Assembly: GCA_965223705.1 (NCBI GenBank)
Contig: OZ245015.1
Span: 1,120,001-1,184,000 of the forward strand
Length of the DNA: 64,000 nt
Direction: 5' to 3'
Source: Myxococcota bacterium
Lineage (GTDB): Bacteria; Myxococcota_A; UBA9160; UBA6930
Made by a program: the position numbers and the translations under genes. The notes below the pieces were generated by a model. It saw only the letters and a program-made list of their open reading frames with translations, made no database searches and was not told the DNA's origin. Positions 28,507-38,325 of the stretch are shown one piece after another. Within the stretch, counting starts at the first letter, position 1. Each line of letters opens with the position of its first letter.

Positions 28507-29463
28507 TTGGACCCGCTGCGCATCACCGTGATCGGCGCGGGGCACATGGGTTCGTTTCACGCCCAGAAGATCATGGAGCTCGCGCAGGAAAAAGCGCTGC
28601 GCCTGGTGGGAATCGCCGACCCCGAAACCGATCGCGCCGAGGCGCTCGCCGCTGAATGCGGGTGCCCCCACGGTCCGGATTTTCGCGCTTTCCTCGGCGA
28701 CGCCGACGCGGCGATCGTCGCCGTTCCGACGCTCGCTCACTTCGAAACGGTCGAGGTGTGCCTCGCGGAAGGCCTCGACGTTCTCGTCGAAAAGCCTATC
28801 GCGGCCACTCTCGCCGAGGGCGAGAAGCTCCTTGCGCTGGCCAAGGAGCGCGGTCGTCTGTTGCAGGTCGGACATCTCGAATGGTTCAACGCCGCGATGC
28901 AGCGCGTCGCGGAACGGATTACGCGACCCCGTTTCGTCGAATGCCACCGATTGGGTCCATTCACGGCTCGGGCGACGGATGTCGACATCGTGCGCGACCT
29001 GATGATCCACGACATCGATATCATTCAGCGGCTGGTCGGTGAAGAGCCCGAACGGATCGAATCGATCGGCGTTCCGCTGCTCACCGAGCAAATCGACTTG
29101 GCGAACGCTCGACTGAACTTTCCCGGCGGCTGTATCGGCAACTTCACTGCCAGCCGAGTCTCCCCGACTCCGATGCGCAAGATCCGCTTCTTTCAACGCG
29201 ACGGGTACTTCTCGATCGATTTCCTCGAACAATCGGTGGTCATCGCCCGGCGGATCCACGATGAGGGCACCGACGAGAAACGCATCGACGTCGAGACGCT
29301 CGACATCGACCGAGGTGACGCGCTCCGCGGCCAGCTCGCCGCGTTTGTCGACGGCGTGCGCACGAGAAAGCTCGCCGCTGGTTCGGGAGAGGACGCGCTC
29401 GCCGCGCTCCGAACGGCCCTGCGTGTCATCGATGCGATGCCGAGTGTCGAAGAGCTCGCATGA
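28507..29463 (+). CDS. Gfo/Idh/MocA oxidoreductase, GnnA-like
   Basis: VIGAGHMG, VEKPIA, VGHLEWFN, DLMIHDID and ASRVS motifs; lies between lpxI and lpxB. Confidence 0.85.
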   Translation: MDPLRITVIGAGHMGSFHAQKIMELAQEKALRLVGIADPETDRAEALAAECGCPHGPDFRAFLGDADAAIVAVPTLAHFETVEVCLAEGLDVLVEKPIAATLAEGEKLLALAKERGRLLQVGHLEWFNAAMQRVAERITRPRFVECHRLGPFTARATDVDIVRDLMIHDIDIIQRLVGEEPERIESIGVPLLTEQIDLANARLNFPGGCIGNFTASRVSPTPMRKIRFFQRDGYFSIDFLEQSVVIARRIHDEGTDEKRIDVETLDIDRGDALRGQLAAFVDGVRTRKLAAGSGEDALAALRTALRVIDAMPSVEELA

Positions 29464-30638
29464 AGACCGTCCTGGTCTCTGCGGGCGATGCCTCGGGAGA
29501 AGCACACGCTGCGAGGCTCGTAGACGCGCTGCGATCGGAAATACCGGACGTCGCACTTCGCGGAATCGGCGGCGGCGAGATGCAGCAGGCCGGTGTCGAA
29601 CTCATCGCGCATCAGCGCGAGCTCGCCATCGGCGGCCTGGTCGAAGTCGCGCGCGATCTGCGTCGCGTCCTCGGTACGTACGGACGCATGCGTCGCGCTG
29701 TACGAGACCCGTCGGTCGACTTGTTGATCCTCGTCGATTCACCGGATTTCAACTTGCCGCTCGCCGGCGTTGCCAAGCGCGCCGGCGTCCCTGTGCTCTA
29801 CTACATCAGCCCGCAGATCTGGGCGTGGCGCGCCTACCGAATTCGAAAGATCGCCCGCTGCGTCGACCGCATGTGCGTGATCTTTCCCTTCGAGAAAGCC
29901 TACTACCGCGAGCGCGGAGTCGACGTCGAGTACGTCGGCCACCCGCTGGTCGACCGCTTTGCCGACGACCTTCGCGACCGGGACAGAACCGATCGGGCGC
30001 GCCGGGAGACGCGGGCTGAGCTCGGCGCGTCCGAGGGTGACCCCCTGGTGGTGCTCCTCCCCGGAAGCCGTCGCAATGAGATCGCCCAGCACTTGGACAT
30101 CTACCTAGAGACCGCTCGGCTGTTGGCGCGGAAGCGACCGAGTGCGCGCTTCGTGTTGGGTGTCGCCCCGTCCCTCGAGGGCGACGCGATCGCCGACGCT
30201 ATCCGGGTCGCGGAAGGGCAGGGCGGACCGAAGATCGAGGTTCTGCGAGGACGCACGATCGACCTCGCGCGGGCCGCCGACGTGGCTCTCTGCAAACCGG
30301 GAACCGTGACCCTCGAGCTCGCGCTTCTCGGCACGCCCACGATCGTCGCGGGTCGCATCCATCCCTTCTCTGCGCTGCTCCTTCGCTACGGAACCGACAT
30401 TTCGGATTTCGCGTTGCCGAACATCGTCGCCTGCGAATCGGTGATTCCCGAGTTCTTGCAGGAGGACATGCGTCCGGACCGCATCGCAATGGCTCTCGAC
30501 GCATTCCTCGACGGCCCGCTTGCTGAACGCCAGAAAAAGCAACTCGCCGCGGTCGTCCGCCAGTTGGGAGAAGGTGGGGGGATCGCGCGCGCCGCGGCCG
30601 TCGCCGCAGAAATGGTCCATGGGCCCGCTCGGGCATAG
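29460..30638 (+). CDS. lpxB: Lipid-A-disaccharide synthase
   Basis: SAGDASG, DSPDFN, SPQIWAWR, YVGHPL, LPGSRRNE and GTVTLE motifs. Confidence 0.96.
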   Translation: MKTVLVSAGDASGEAHAARLVDALRSEIPDVALRGIGGGEMQQAGVELIAHQRELAIGGLVEVARDLRRVLGTYGRMRRAVRDPSVDLLILVDSPDFNLPLAGVAKRAGVPVLYYISPQIWAWRAYRIRKIARCVDRMCVIFPFEKAYYRERGVDVEYVGHPLVDRFADDLRDRDRTDRARRETRAELGASEGDPLVVLLPGSRRNEIAQHLDIYLETARLLARKRPSARFVLGVAPSLEGDAIADAIRVAEGQGGPKIEVLRGRTIDLARAADVALCKPGTVTLELALLGTPTIVAGRIHPFSALLLRYGTDISDFALPNIVACESVIPEFLQEDMRPDRIAMALDAFLDGPLAERQKKQLAAVVRQLGEGGGIARAAAVAAEMVHGPARA

Positions 30639-31866
30639 CCTTGCCGCACTTGCGGGTCTGTGCGCTCTTCCGGTGGCGGCGGGCGCATGGTTGACCTCGT
30701 CGCGATGGCGCGAGGGATTCGGCGAACGCTTGGGTGCCCGCCGAGAAGTGCCCCGAGATGCGATCTGGATCCACGCGGCGAGTGTCGGCGAGATTCGCGC
30801 AGCGCTTCCGCTGGTCGATGCGCTCCGCAACCGAAACGTTCCCGTCACGACATCGACGATGACGGTCACGGGCCGGGACCTCGCACGCAGGGAGCGTCCG
30901 GACGTCGCCTGCTACCTGGCTCCCATCGATCACCCGTGGATCATCGCGCGGGCGCTTCGAGCGACACGTCCGCGGGCTTTGGTGTTCGTCGAGACGGAAC
31001 TGTGGCCGTGTTGGATCCGCGGCGCGTCGGAGCGCGGCATTCCAGTGCTGTCCGTTTCCGCGCGCCTCTCCTCCCGAAGTGCCGGGCGCTACAAGGTGGT
31101 CGGCCCCTGGGTCGGTTCTTTGCTGCGACGCTTCACGGCCATCGGGACGCGTAGCGCCGACGATGCGGAACGTTTCGCGTCACTTGGCGCGTCACCCGAC
31201 CGGGTGACGGTGACCGGCGATCTGAAGGAAGCCGCGGGAGCGAGCCCGCAACCACTCGACGACGCGCTGCTCTCGGTCCTGGGGGAGGTCCCGCTCGTCG
31301 TCGCCGGAAGCACCCACGAAGGGGAGGAACGCGCCGCGCTCGAAGCGTTCTCAGCACAGCAGTCCCGCGCGGCGCTGCTCCTCGCGCCGCGACACGTCGA
31401 GCGCTTTAGCGCGGTCGTCGATCTCGTCCGGGATCGGGGATTCCCCGTCCGCCGACGGAGCGCGCTCGCGCAGGGGGCCCCGCCGCTACGCGAAGGCGAA
31501 GTCCTCGTCCTCGATAGCCTGGGGGAGCTCGCGGCGGTTTATTCCCACGCGGCCGCGGTGTTTCTCGGCGGGTCGCTGGTGCCGCGCGGCGGACACAATC
31601 CGTGGGAGGTCGCCCGGGCCGGGGCGCCGATCGTCGTCGGCCCTCACACCGAAAACATCCGCGCCATGCTCGAGCCGCTTCGTTCCGCCGGTGCGGCGAC
31701 GGAAGTGGCCGATGCGGCGGCGCTCGGTCGAGAGCTCGAGCTTCTTCTCGGCAATCTCGAAGACGCGCGCTCGCGCGGCGAACGGGGACGCCGTGAAGCT
31801 CAGCGGCGATCGGGAGACGTCGCCGAAGCCACCGCTTCTTGGGTGATGGCGGAGCTCGCTCGGTGA
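30619..31866 (+). CDS. waaA: Kdo transferase
   Basis: IWIHAASVGE, ETELWP, TGDLK, AGSTHEGEE and GGSLVPRGGHN motifs. Confidence 0.95.
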   Translation: MGPLGHSLAALAGLCALPVAAGAWLTSSRWREGFGERLGARREVPRDAIWIHAASVGEIRAALPLVDALRNRNVPVTTSTMTVTGRDLARRERPDVACYLAPIDHPWIIARALRATRPRALVFVETELWPCWIRGASERGIPVLSVSARLSSRSAGRYKVVGPWVGSLLRRFTAIGTRSADDAERFASLGASPDRVTVTGDLKEAAGASPQPLDDALLSVLGEVPLVVAGSTHEGEERAALEAFSAQQSRAALLLAPRHVERFSAVVDLVRDRGFPVRRRSALAQGAPPLREGEVLVLDSLGELAAVYSHAAAVFLGGSLVPRGGHNPWEVARAGAPIVVGPHTENIRAMLEPLRSAGAATEVADAAALGRELELLLGNLEDARSRGERGRREAQRRSGDVAEATASWVMAELAR

Positions 31867-32996
31867 GCGCATCGCGGCTTTCCGCGCGTTGGTGGATTCC
31901 GCCCGACGAAGCGACACCGGGCAGTGTTCTCGAGCGCTTGCGCGACGCGCTCCTTCATATCGCATCGATTCCCTACGGATGGGGTGCGCACCTTCACCGC
32001 CAGTTGTATCGGCGCGGTCTGCGACGCGCCGGCCGCTTACCTTGCGTGGTTGTCAGCATCGGCAACGTCGTTGTCGGAGGTTCGGCCAAAACTCCGCTCG
32101 CCGCTTTCGTAGCGAAGTCGCTCCGCGGCGCGGGCGAACGAGTCGCTCTCGCGAGTCGAGGCTACGGTCGCGAGGAAGGTGCTGCGGTGGACGTCGTCTC
32201 CGACGGAAGGCACGTATGCAGCCCGGCCGCCCGGTCCGGTGATGAACCGTGGCTTCTCGCCGGGCTCGTGCCGGGCGTCCCGGTGTTGGTGGGTCGCGAT
32301 CGCCGCCGCGTCGGATTGCGAGCGGTGTCTTTGTACTCGACCGACGTGCTGGTCCTCGACGACGGCTTTCAGCACCACCGTCTAGCGCGCGACGTGTCCA
32401 TCGTGTGCGTGGACGCCCATGCGGGCTTCGGAAATCGACGCATTCTCCCGGCGGGTCCGCTCCGGGAACCGCTCGCAGCTCTCTCGGCCGCCGACGCGGT
32501 GGTCGTGGTCGACGGCGCGCTCTCCCCCGGCGACGACGTCTTGCTCGCGCGCTACAGCGAAGGAGCGCCGCGTTTCACGGCTCGTCGACAGCCCACCAGG
32601 CTTTGGAATCTCGCGGACCGCGCGCCGATGGATCTGGCGACGATGCGCGGCCGGCGAGTCGGTCTCTTGTCGGCGATCGCGCGTCCAGCCGGGCTGCGAC
32701 ACACGGTTGCGTCTCTGGGCGCTACAGTCGTCGCGGAGCGCCATTTCCGGGATCACCATCGCTACCGGGCGCGCGATGTCGCGCGCTTGGGCGACGACGC
32801 GTCCGTTTGGATCACCACCGAAAAAGACGCGATGAAGATTCGTCCCGAATGGTTGCCGGGGCTTTCCGTTTTCGTGCTCGGTATCGATCTGCATTTCGAG
32901 GACCCCGCGAGTTTCGACGCGTTTCTCAAAGACGCGGTCGCCACGGGGCGCGAAGAGAAGAGGATCCGCCGGGGTAGAGGAGTGCATGTCGCTTGA
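31863..32996 (+). CDS. lpxK: Tetraacyldisaccharide 4'-kinase
   Basis: SIGNVVVGGSAKTP, SRGYG, GDEP, LDDGFQH, PAGPLREP and TTEKD motifs. Confidence 0.95.
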   Translation: MSASRLSARWWIPPDEATPGSVLERLRDALLHIASIPYGWGAHLHRQLYRRGLRRAGRLPCVVVSIGNVVVGGSAKTPLAAFVAKSLRGAGERVALASRGYGREEGAAVDVVSDGRHVCSPAARSGDEPWLLAGLVPGVPVLVGRDRRRVGLRAVSLYSTDVLVLDDGFQHHRLARDVSIVCVDAHAGFGNRRILPAGPLREPLAALSAADAVVVVDGALSPGDDVLLARYSEGAPRFTARRQPTRLWNLADRAPMDLATMRGRRVGLLSAIARPAGLRHTVASLGATVVAERHFRDHHRYRARDVARLGDDASVWITTEKDAMKIRPEWLPGLSVFVLGIDLHFEDPASFDAFLKDAVATGREEKRIRRGRGVHVA

Positions 32997-33789
32997 CCCG
33001 TGCGTACTCGCGCGGCAGCGCCCGCCACAACGCGCGCCGTAGCGTTCGGTCGCCTGCGACGTACGCGCTGAAGAAGGTCGCGAGACCGACCTTCCCGACC
33101 CGCGCAAGACAACCGCGCTTGGCGCCCGAACGAAACAGGCGCATGAGCTCGCGCATGCGCCGCGCAGGCGTGAGGTCCGCGGGCTGCGGCGCACCGGAGA
33201 GGTCGATCACGGTTCCCTCCGGTTCGGCACCGGAAGCTCCCGAAACGAGCAAGTTCTTGATCTGAAGGTCCGGGTGCGAACCGCCGGCGTCGTGAAAGCG
33301 ACGGACCGCTTCGCCCAGCGCCCGCAGGCCCGTGAGGAGTTCCTCGATCGAACGGCATGCGGAGAGCCATGCCAGTGCATCTCGGCTGTCGCGGACGAAG
33401 ACGGTGCCGACGGCGCAGCGGTTTCCGTCCCTCCAGACCAGGGCGGGCTCCGGCACGGGTGCGGAGCGGTTTCGCAAGCTCGCGGTCACACCCAGTTCGC
33501 GAGTCGCGCGTTTCCACGCGTCGCGCGGACTCGCGACGAGCGCGCCGAACGCGCCGCCGCGGCGCAATTCCCGGACGAGGACGCGCTCCCCCAGCGCGGG
33601 TAGCGACAACACGGCGGTTGCGGCGCGTCCCCGGGGTCCCGGGTGCTCCCGAAACGTTCGGGCCAACGCGCCGACGCAACACAGTTCCAGGTCACGTTCC
33701 GACCGAAGCGCGGCTTCGATGCGCGGAGTCGCGGCGAGATCGACGTCACCCCGACAAATCGGAATCAGCTCGAAGCTAGAGCTCTGCAA
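32926..33789 (-). CDS. LPS kinase, Kdo kinase (KdkA/InaA) family
   Basis: GRAAT, RELRRGG, HPDLQIKNLLV catalytic loop, VIDL and RLFRS; lies in the LPS cluster. Confidence 0.78.
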   Translation of the reverse strand: MQSSSFELIPICRGDVDLAATPRIEAALRSERDLELCCVGALARTFREHPGPRGRAATAVLSLPALGERVLVRELRRGGAFGALVASPRDAWKRATRELGVTASLRNRSAPVPEPALVWRDGNRCAVGTVFVRDSRDALAWLSACRSIEELLTGLRALGEAVRRFHDAGGSHPDLQIKNLLVSGASGAEPEGTVIDLSGAPQPADLTPARRMRELMRLFRSGAKRGCLARVGKVGLATFFSAYVAGDRTLRRALWRALPREYARVKRHALLYPGGSSSLRAPWRPRL

Positions 33790-34915
33790 GTCGGGCGCGC
33801 CGCACCAACAGGAACGCGAGTCCCGCCGTCAGGACGTTCGGAATCCAAAGCGATACCGCGGCGGGGAGGGTGCCACTCTCCGCGAGATAGATGCCGACGG
33901 AAAGCGCGGCGTAGTAGCCGAACACGATCGCGACACACAGGAAGACGCCCCAGGAGCGCGCGCCTCGCGAACGGCGAAGTCCCAGCGGGACCCCCATGAT
34001 GCCAAACAGCAGCGGAGCGACGGGAAGGGCGAAGCGTCGATGCAGCTGAATCTCGTACGACTCCGGCGTCAACACGCGCGCCCACGAAGGCGCACGGCCC
34101 TCGTTCTCGAAGTTCTCGAGCGCGTCGAAGAGGACCTCGGTGTCGAGCTCGGGCGGGCGCAATCGGTGGAGCTTCGCTCCGAGTACTTCACTCAAATCGA
34201 AGGTGTAGCGCGCTTCGCCGAACGCGATGCGGCGGTAGCTGTTCGATTCGGGATGGGGTGTTTCGAAATGGATGTCGCCGTTGGCGAGAGTCAGTGTCAC
34301 GATCGCTGTCTCGCGATCGAAGTTGAAGTCGCCCCCTTCGGAAAAAACCGTAAACGGGCGCTCCTGATTCGTGCGGTCGGAGATCACGACGCCTGTCAGG
34401 CGCAGGTTCTCGTCCCGGTCTTCGACAAACAGCAGCCGCTTTCCGCTGCTGTCGAGACGGATGAACTCTCCGGGCTGGATCATCGACCCGCTCGCCGCGA
34501 TTTCCGCGGCCATTGCGCGGATATGACGCCGCGCACGCGGTTCGACCGAATGAAGCAGGTAAGCCGTCGTCGCGGCGACGAGCAACCCGCACAAGACGAC
34601 CGGCGCAGAGAACTGCGCGAGGCTGACCCCAAGCGCTTTCATCGCGGTCCATTCCGAGTCCGAGGAAAGCCGGCCGACCGCAGCGAGCACCCCGAAGAGA
34701 AACGCCACGGGAACCGCGTAGGACGCCAACATGGCGCACAGGCTGCCTGCGATTCCCAACACTTCGCTGGGCGAGACCGTGGCGCCGCCCAGATCGCCGA
34801 GACGGCGCAAGAGGTTCTGTAGGACCAAGACCGAGCTCACACCGAGCAAACCCACGCCGGCGTACACGCCGACTTCGCGAAGGACGTAGCGGGACAAGGT
34901 GCCTGAGAGCTTCAT
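33776..34915 (-). CDS. lptF: LPS export permease LptF
   Basis: TLSRYVLRE, GRLSSDSEWTAMKALGVS, HRRFALP and WIPN motifs; ATG at 34915. Confidence 0.88.
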   Translation of the reverse strand: MKLSGTLSRYVLREVGVYAGVGLLGVSSVLVLQNLLRRLGDLGGATVSPSEVLGIAGSLCAMLASYAVPVAFLFGVLAAVGRLSSDSEWTAMKALGVSLAQFSAPVVLCGLLVAATTAYLLHSVEPRARRHIRAMAAEIAASGSMIQPGEFIRLDSSGKRLLFVEDRDENLRLTGVVISDRTNQERPFTVFSEGGDFNFDRETAIVTLTLANGDIHFETPHPESNSYRRIAFGEARYTFDLSEVLGAKLHRLRPPELDTEVLFDALENFENEGRAPSWARVLTPESYEIQLHRRFALPVAPLLFGIMGVPLGLRRSRGARSWGVFLCVAIVFGYYAALSVGIYLAESGTLPAAVSLWIPNVLTAGLAFLLVRRARLAEL

Positions 34916-35086
34916 CGGTGAGTATGCTAACGCCCCGGTGCGCATCGGCGAGGCGCGGATCGCTCCGGCGAGACCACCGGCGCGAAAGAAGCGAGGCCCA
35001 TCATCACGTCCAGCGAGAACCCCGCTGCGGAGACCCGGTGGGCCTGCGAAAACCCGCTCGCTGAGGCGCCCCCGGCAGAACGCCTC

Positions 35087-36139
35087 TTGGTGTTGCGTTT
35101 GGGCGCGGTCGGTGACGTGGTTCGCACACTGCCGGCGGCGAGCGCGCTGCGCGACCACTATGCCGACGCGCACCTCGCGTGGTTGGTCGAGCCCGGCGCG
35201 CAAAGCCTCCTCGAAGCGGTTCCTTGGATCGACGAAGTCCTGGTGTTCCCGCGTGCAGAGCTGCGGGAACGCGCAGAGCGGGGGGATCTCCGGGGCGTCG
35301 CGGCGCTGTTTCGCCGCTTCCTCCAGGCCCTTCGGGGCGGGCGCTTCGACACCGTGGTGGACTTCCATGCGATCTTGAAGAGCGGCGTGTTGGCGAAGCT
35401 CTCCGGAGCGCCCCGCCGGGTGTCCTACGCGCCGCCTTTTTCGCGGGAGGGGGCCTACTGGTTTGCGACGCATCGCGCGCGGCTCGGCAGCGGGAAACGC
35501 TCGCGATTCGAACGAAATCTGGGCCTGGTCCGCTATTTGGGCATCGGAGACGAGCCGCGCCCGCGACCTTTCGAGGTCGACGCGATCGCGAAGCGAGAGG
35601 CCTGGCGGAGCCTCGGGCTCACGAGCGGAGAACGCCCACCGATTGTGCTCCACCCCGGGACGAGCCCCGGAGCGTCCCACAAGCGCTACACCGTACCCGG
35701 CTACGCGGAGGTTGCGCGGCGCCTCGCCGATCGTGACGTGGCGTCGATCGTCACCTGGGGGCCGGCTCCCGGAGAGCGCGAATTCGCCGAGGCGATCGTC
35801 GCTTCCGCCGACGGTGCTGCGACGCTGGCCCCGGCGACGCCATCGCTGGTTTCGCTCGCTGCGCTTCTCGCATGTTCCCGAGCTTACGTCGGGAGTGACA
35901 CCGGGCCGATGCACCTGGCCTCTCTCGTCGGGACGCCTGTGGTGCAGCTGATGGGGCCGACAGACCCCGTGGAAAACGAGCCCTTCGCCGGCACGCCATG
36001 GCGGCGCGTCCGCGTTCAGATCGCCTGCAACCCGTGCCGCAGAGGATGCAGCGCCGCTCCGTGTATGGGGCTGATTCAACCCATTGATGTGGTGCGAGAA
36101 ACCCTCGCTCTGTTGACGGTGGCAGACCGGCGCTGTTAG
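35087..36139 (+). CDS. GT9 LPS heptosyltransferase
   Basis: LRLGAVGDVV, DTGPMHLA, GPTDP and a C-terminal Cys cluster; start uncertain. Confidence 0.9.
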   Translation: MVLRLGAVGDVVRTLPAASALRDHYADAHLAWLVEPGAQSLLEAVPWIDEVLVFPRAELRERAERGDLRGVAALFRRFLQALRGGRFDTVVDFHAILKSGVLAKLSGAPRRVSYAPPFSREGAYWFATHRARLGSGKRSRFERNLGLVRYLGIGDEPRPRPFEVDAIAKREAWRSLGLTSGERPPIVLHPGTSPGASHKRYTVPGYAEVARRLADRDVASIVTWGPAPGEREFAEAIVASADGAATLAPATPSLVSLAALLACSRAYVGSDTGPMHLASLVGTPVVQLMGPTDPVENEPFAGTPWRRVRVQIACNPCRRGCSAAPCMGLIQPIDVVRETLALLTVADRRC

Positions 36140-36201
36140 CGTCTACCCTCTCACCACCCTCCTTGGTTCTCCTAACTGTCCGATTTTGCGAGGAAAGTCA
36201 C

Positions 36202-37179
36202 CTGGCCGATCTCTCGATCGTGATCGTCACCTGGAATGCCCGGGACGTTCTGATGGACGCGCTGGCGTCGATCGAATCGGTCGTGCGCGGTCGCACCGAC
36301 GATGGCCGCATCGAGACCGAGACGCTCGTCGTCGACAACGGTTCCGCCGACGGGTCGGCGGAGGCCGTTCGCGAACGCTTCCCATGGGTGGAACTGATCG
36401 CGCTCGATGAGAACTTGGGTTTCGCTCGCGGCAACAATGTGGGGCTGCGACGGGCGAAAGGTCGCCACGCGCTGCTCCTGAACAGCGATACGGTCGTACT
36501 CCCCGACGCCCTCGAGTCCTGCGTCCGCTATCTCGACGCACACCCCGATGTCGGCGTCGTCGGTCCCCAGCTGCTGAACCCCGATCGCAGCAAGCAGAAT
36601 TGCATCCACAACTTCCCGGGCCTCGTCTCCGAAATCGTGCCCAAGGGTGTGCTCGAAACCCTCTTCCCGCGCCGCTACCCGTCGAAGCGGTACGTTCACC
36701 CCGAGCCCATCGAAGTCGAAGCAGTGCTCGGAGCGTGCTTGTTCGTCCGGGGCTCGGTGCTCGACGACGTCGGCCTGATGCCGGAGGACTACTTCTTTTT
36801 CCTCGAAGAGACGGACTGGTGTTTTCAGATTCGCCGCGCCGGGTGGAAGATTGTCCAGGTGCCAACGGCGCACGTGATCCACATCTTTGGAGCGAGTACG
36901 AAGAAAAAACTGCCCGCCCCGACCCGGATTGAATATCACCGCTCGCTCTACCACTTCTTCCGAAAGAACCGAGGGCCGGGTATGTGGTTTGCCGCGGTCG
37001 CGCTTCGGCTCGCAAAGCAGTTTCTGTACGCGGTGGCGCGCGCCCCGGTCGCCCTGTTCTCGGCCCGCGCGCGCGGCCGCTGGCAAGGTGACCTGCGGCT
37101 CCTGGCCTGGCACCTCGTGGGGCAGCCGGCCTCCTGGGGGCTCTCGGGACAGAGGAAGGTCGAAGGGGGAAAAGCGTGA
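36202..37179 (+). CDS. GT2 glycosyltransferase (WbbL/rhamnosyltransferase-like)
   Basis: LSIVIVTWN, VVDNGSADGS, NLGFARGNN, LLNSD and FFLEETDWC motifs; probable CTG start. Confidence 0.9.
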   Translation: MADLSIVIVTWNARDVLMDALASIESVVRGRTDDGRIETETLVVDNGSADGSAEAVRERFPWVELIALDENLGFARGNNVGLRRAKGRHALLLNSDTVVLPDALESCVRYLDAHPDVGVVGPQLLNPDRSKQNCIHNFPGLVSEIVPKGVLETLFPRRYPSKRYVHPEPIEVEAVLGACLFVRGSVLDDVGLMPEDYFFFLEETDWCFQIRRAGWKIVQVPTAHVIHIFGASTKKKLPAPTRIEYHRSLYHFFRKNRGPGMWFAAVALRLAKQFLYAVARAPVALFSARARGRWQGDLRLLAWHLVGQPASWGLSGQRKVEGGKA

Positions 37180-38291
37180 AAGCCCTGGTGACCGGAGGCG
37201 CCGGTTTCGTCGGCTCCCATTTGGTGGACGCTCTCATTCGCGAGGGCCACGACGTGCGGGTGCTCGATAATCTCGATCCCCAGGTTCATGGGGAAGCGCG
37301 TCGCCCGCCGGACTACCTCCACCCGCAAGCGGAGCTCCAAGTCGGAGACGTGCGCGATCGAGACGCCGTGTCGCGCGCCATGGCGGACGTCGATGCGGTT
37401 TTTCACCAGGCGGCCGCCGTCGGCGTCGGTCAGTCGATGTACGAAATCGAGCGCTACGTCTCGGTGAACAGTGTCGGCGCCGCCGTTGTTCTCGAAGAGG
37501 CGGTGGCACGCCGCGACCAGCTCCGCCGCCTGGTCGTCGCTTCATCGATGTCGATCTACGGCGAAGGGGCCTATCGCGACGCGAGCGGGCGAGATGCTTT
37601 TCCCGGTCTGCGCAGTGAGGCGGACCTCGCCCGTCGCGAGTTCGAGTGCCGTGGGGAGGATGGTCGGAACCTGATCCCGGTTCCCACCAAGGAAACCAAG
37701 CCGCTCAAGCCGACCTCCATTTACGCGGTGACGAAGCGAGATCACGAGGAGATGTTCCTCTCCGTGGGCGCCGCGTACGGGATTCCGACCGTCGCGCTTC
37801 GCTACTTCAACATCTACGGGACGCGCCAGTCCCTCTCGAATCCCTACACCGGCGTGATGGCGATCTTTTCGTCGCGACTTCTCAACGGGAATCCTCCGAT
37901 CATTTTCGAAGATGGCCGCCAGACGCGAGATTTCGTCCACGTTTCGGACATTGTTCGCGCGAACGTGTTGGCGCTCACAAGCGAACGCGCCGTGGGGGGC
38001 GTGTACAACATCGGAACGGGGAAGCCGACTTCGGTATCGCAGATTGCCTCGGTGCTCGCAGAGAAGCTCGGCGTCGCTGCGCCCGCGGACGTCACCGCGC
38101 AATTTCGCGCCGGAGACATCCGGCACTGCTACGCGGATATCGATCGCGCCCGCGCCGATTTGGGCTACGCGCCGGAGGTGAGTCTCGAAGCCGGCATGGA
38201 GGAGCTTCTCGATTGGCTGCGCGGCCAGCAGCCCGATGACCGCGTCGCGGAAGCCGCGGACGAGTTGCAGAAGAGGGGGCTCACGCGGTGA
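37176..38291 (+). CDS. NAD-dependent nucleotide-sugar epimerase/dehydratase
   Basis: TGGAGFVGSH, YAVTK (YxxxK), RYFNIYG and RDFVHV motifs. Confidence 0.92.
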   Translation: MKALVTGGAGFVGSHLVDALIREGHDVRVLDNLDPQVHGEARRPPDYLHPQAELQVGDVRDRDAVSRAMADVDAVFHQAAAVGVGQSMYEIERYVSVNSVGAAVVLEEAVARRDQLRRLVVASSMSIYGEGAYRDASGRDAFPGLRSEADLARREFECRGEDGRNLIPVPTKETKPLKPTSIYAVTKRDHEEMFLSVGAAYGIPTVALRYFNIYGTRQSLSNPYTGVMAIFSSRLLNGNPPIIFEDGRQTRDFVHVSDIVRANVLALTSERAVGGVYNIGTGKPTSVSQIASVLAEKLGVAAPADVTAQFRAGDIRHCYADIDRARADLGYAPEVSLEAGMEELLDWLRGQQPDDRVAEAADELQKRGLTR

Positions 38292-38325
38292 AGCCGCGCC
38301 GTGTCGAACGAGGGTCTACCCGCTG

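Noticed and set aside
34916..36079. Apparent 767-aa LptF with a long N-terminal extension
   Set aside because: The extension is the antisense of the GT9 gene; LptF homology starts at ATG 34915.
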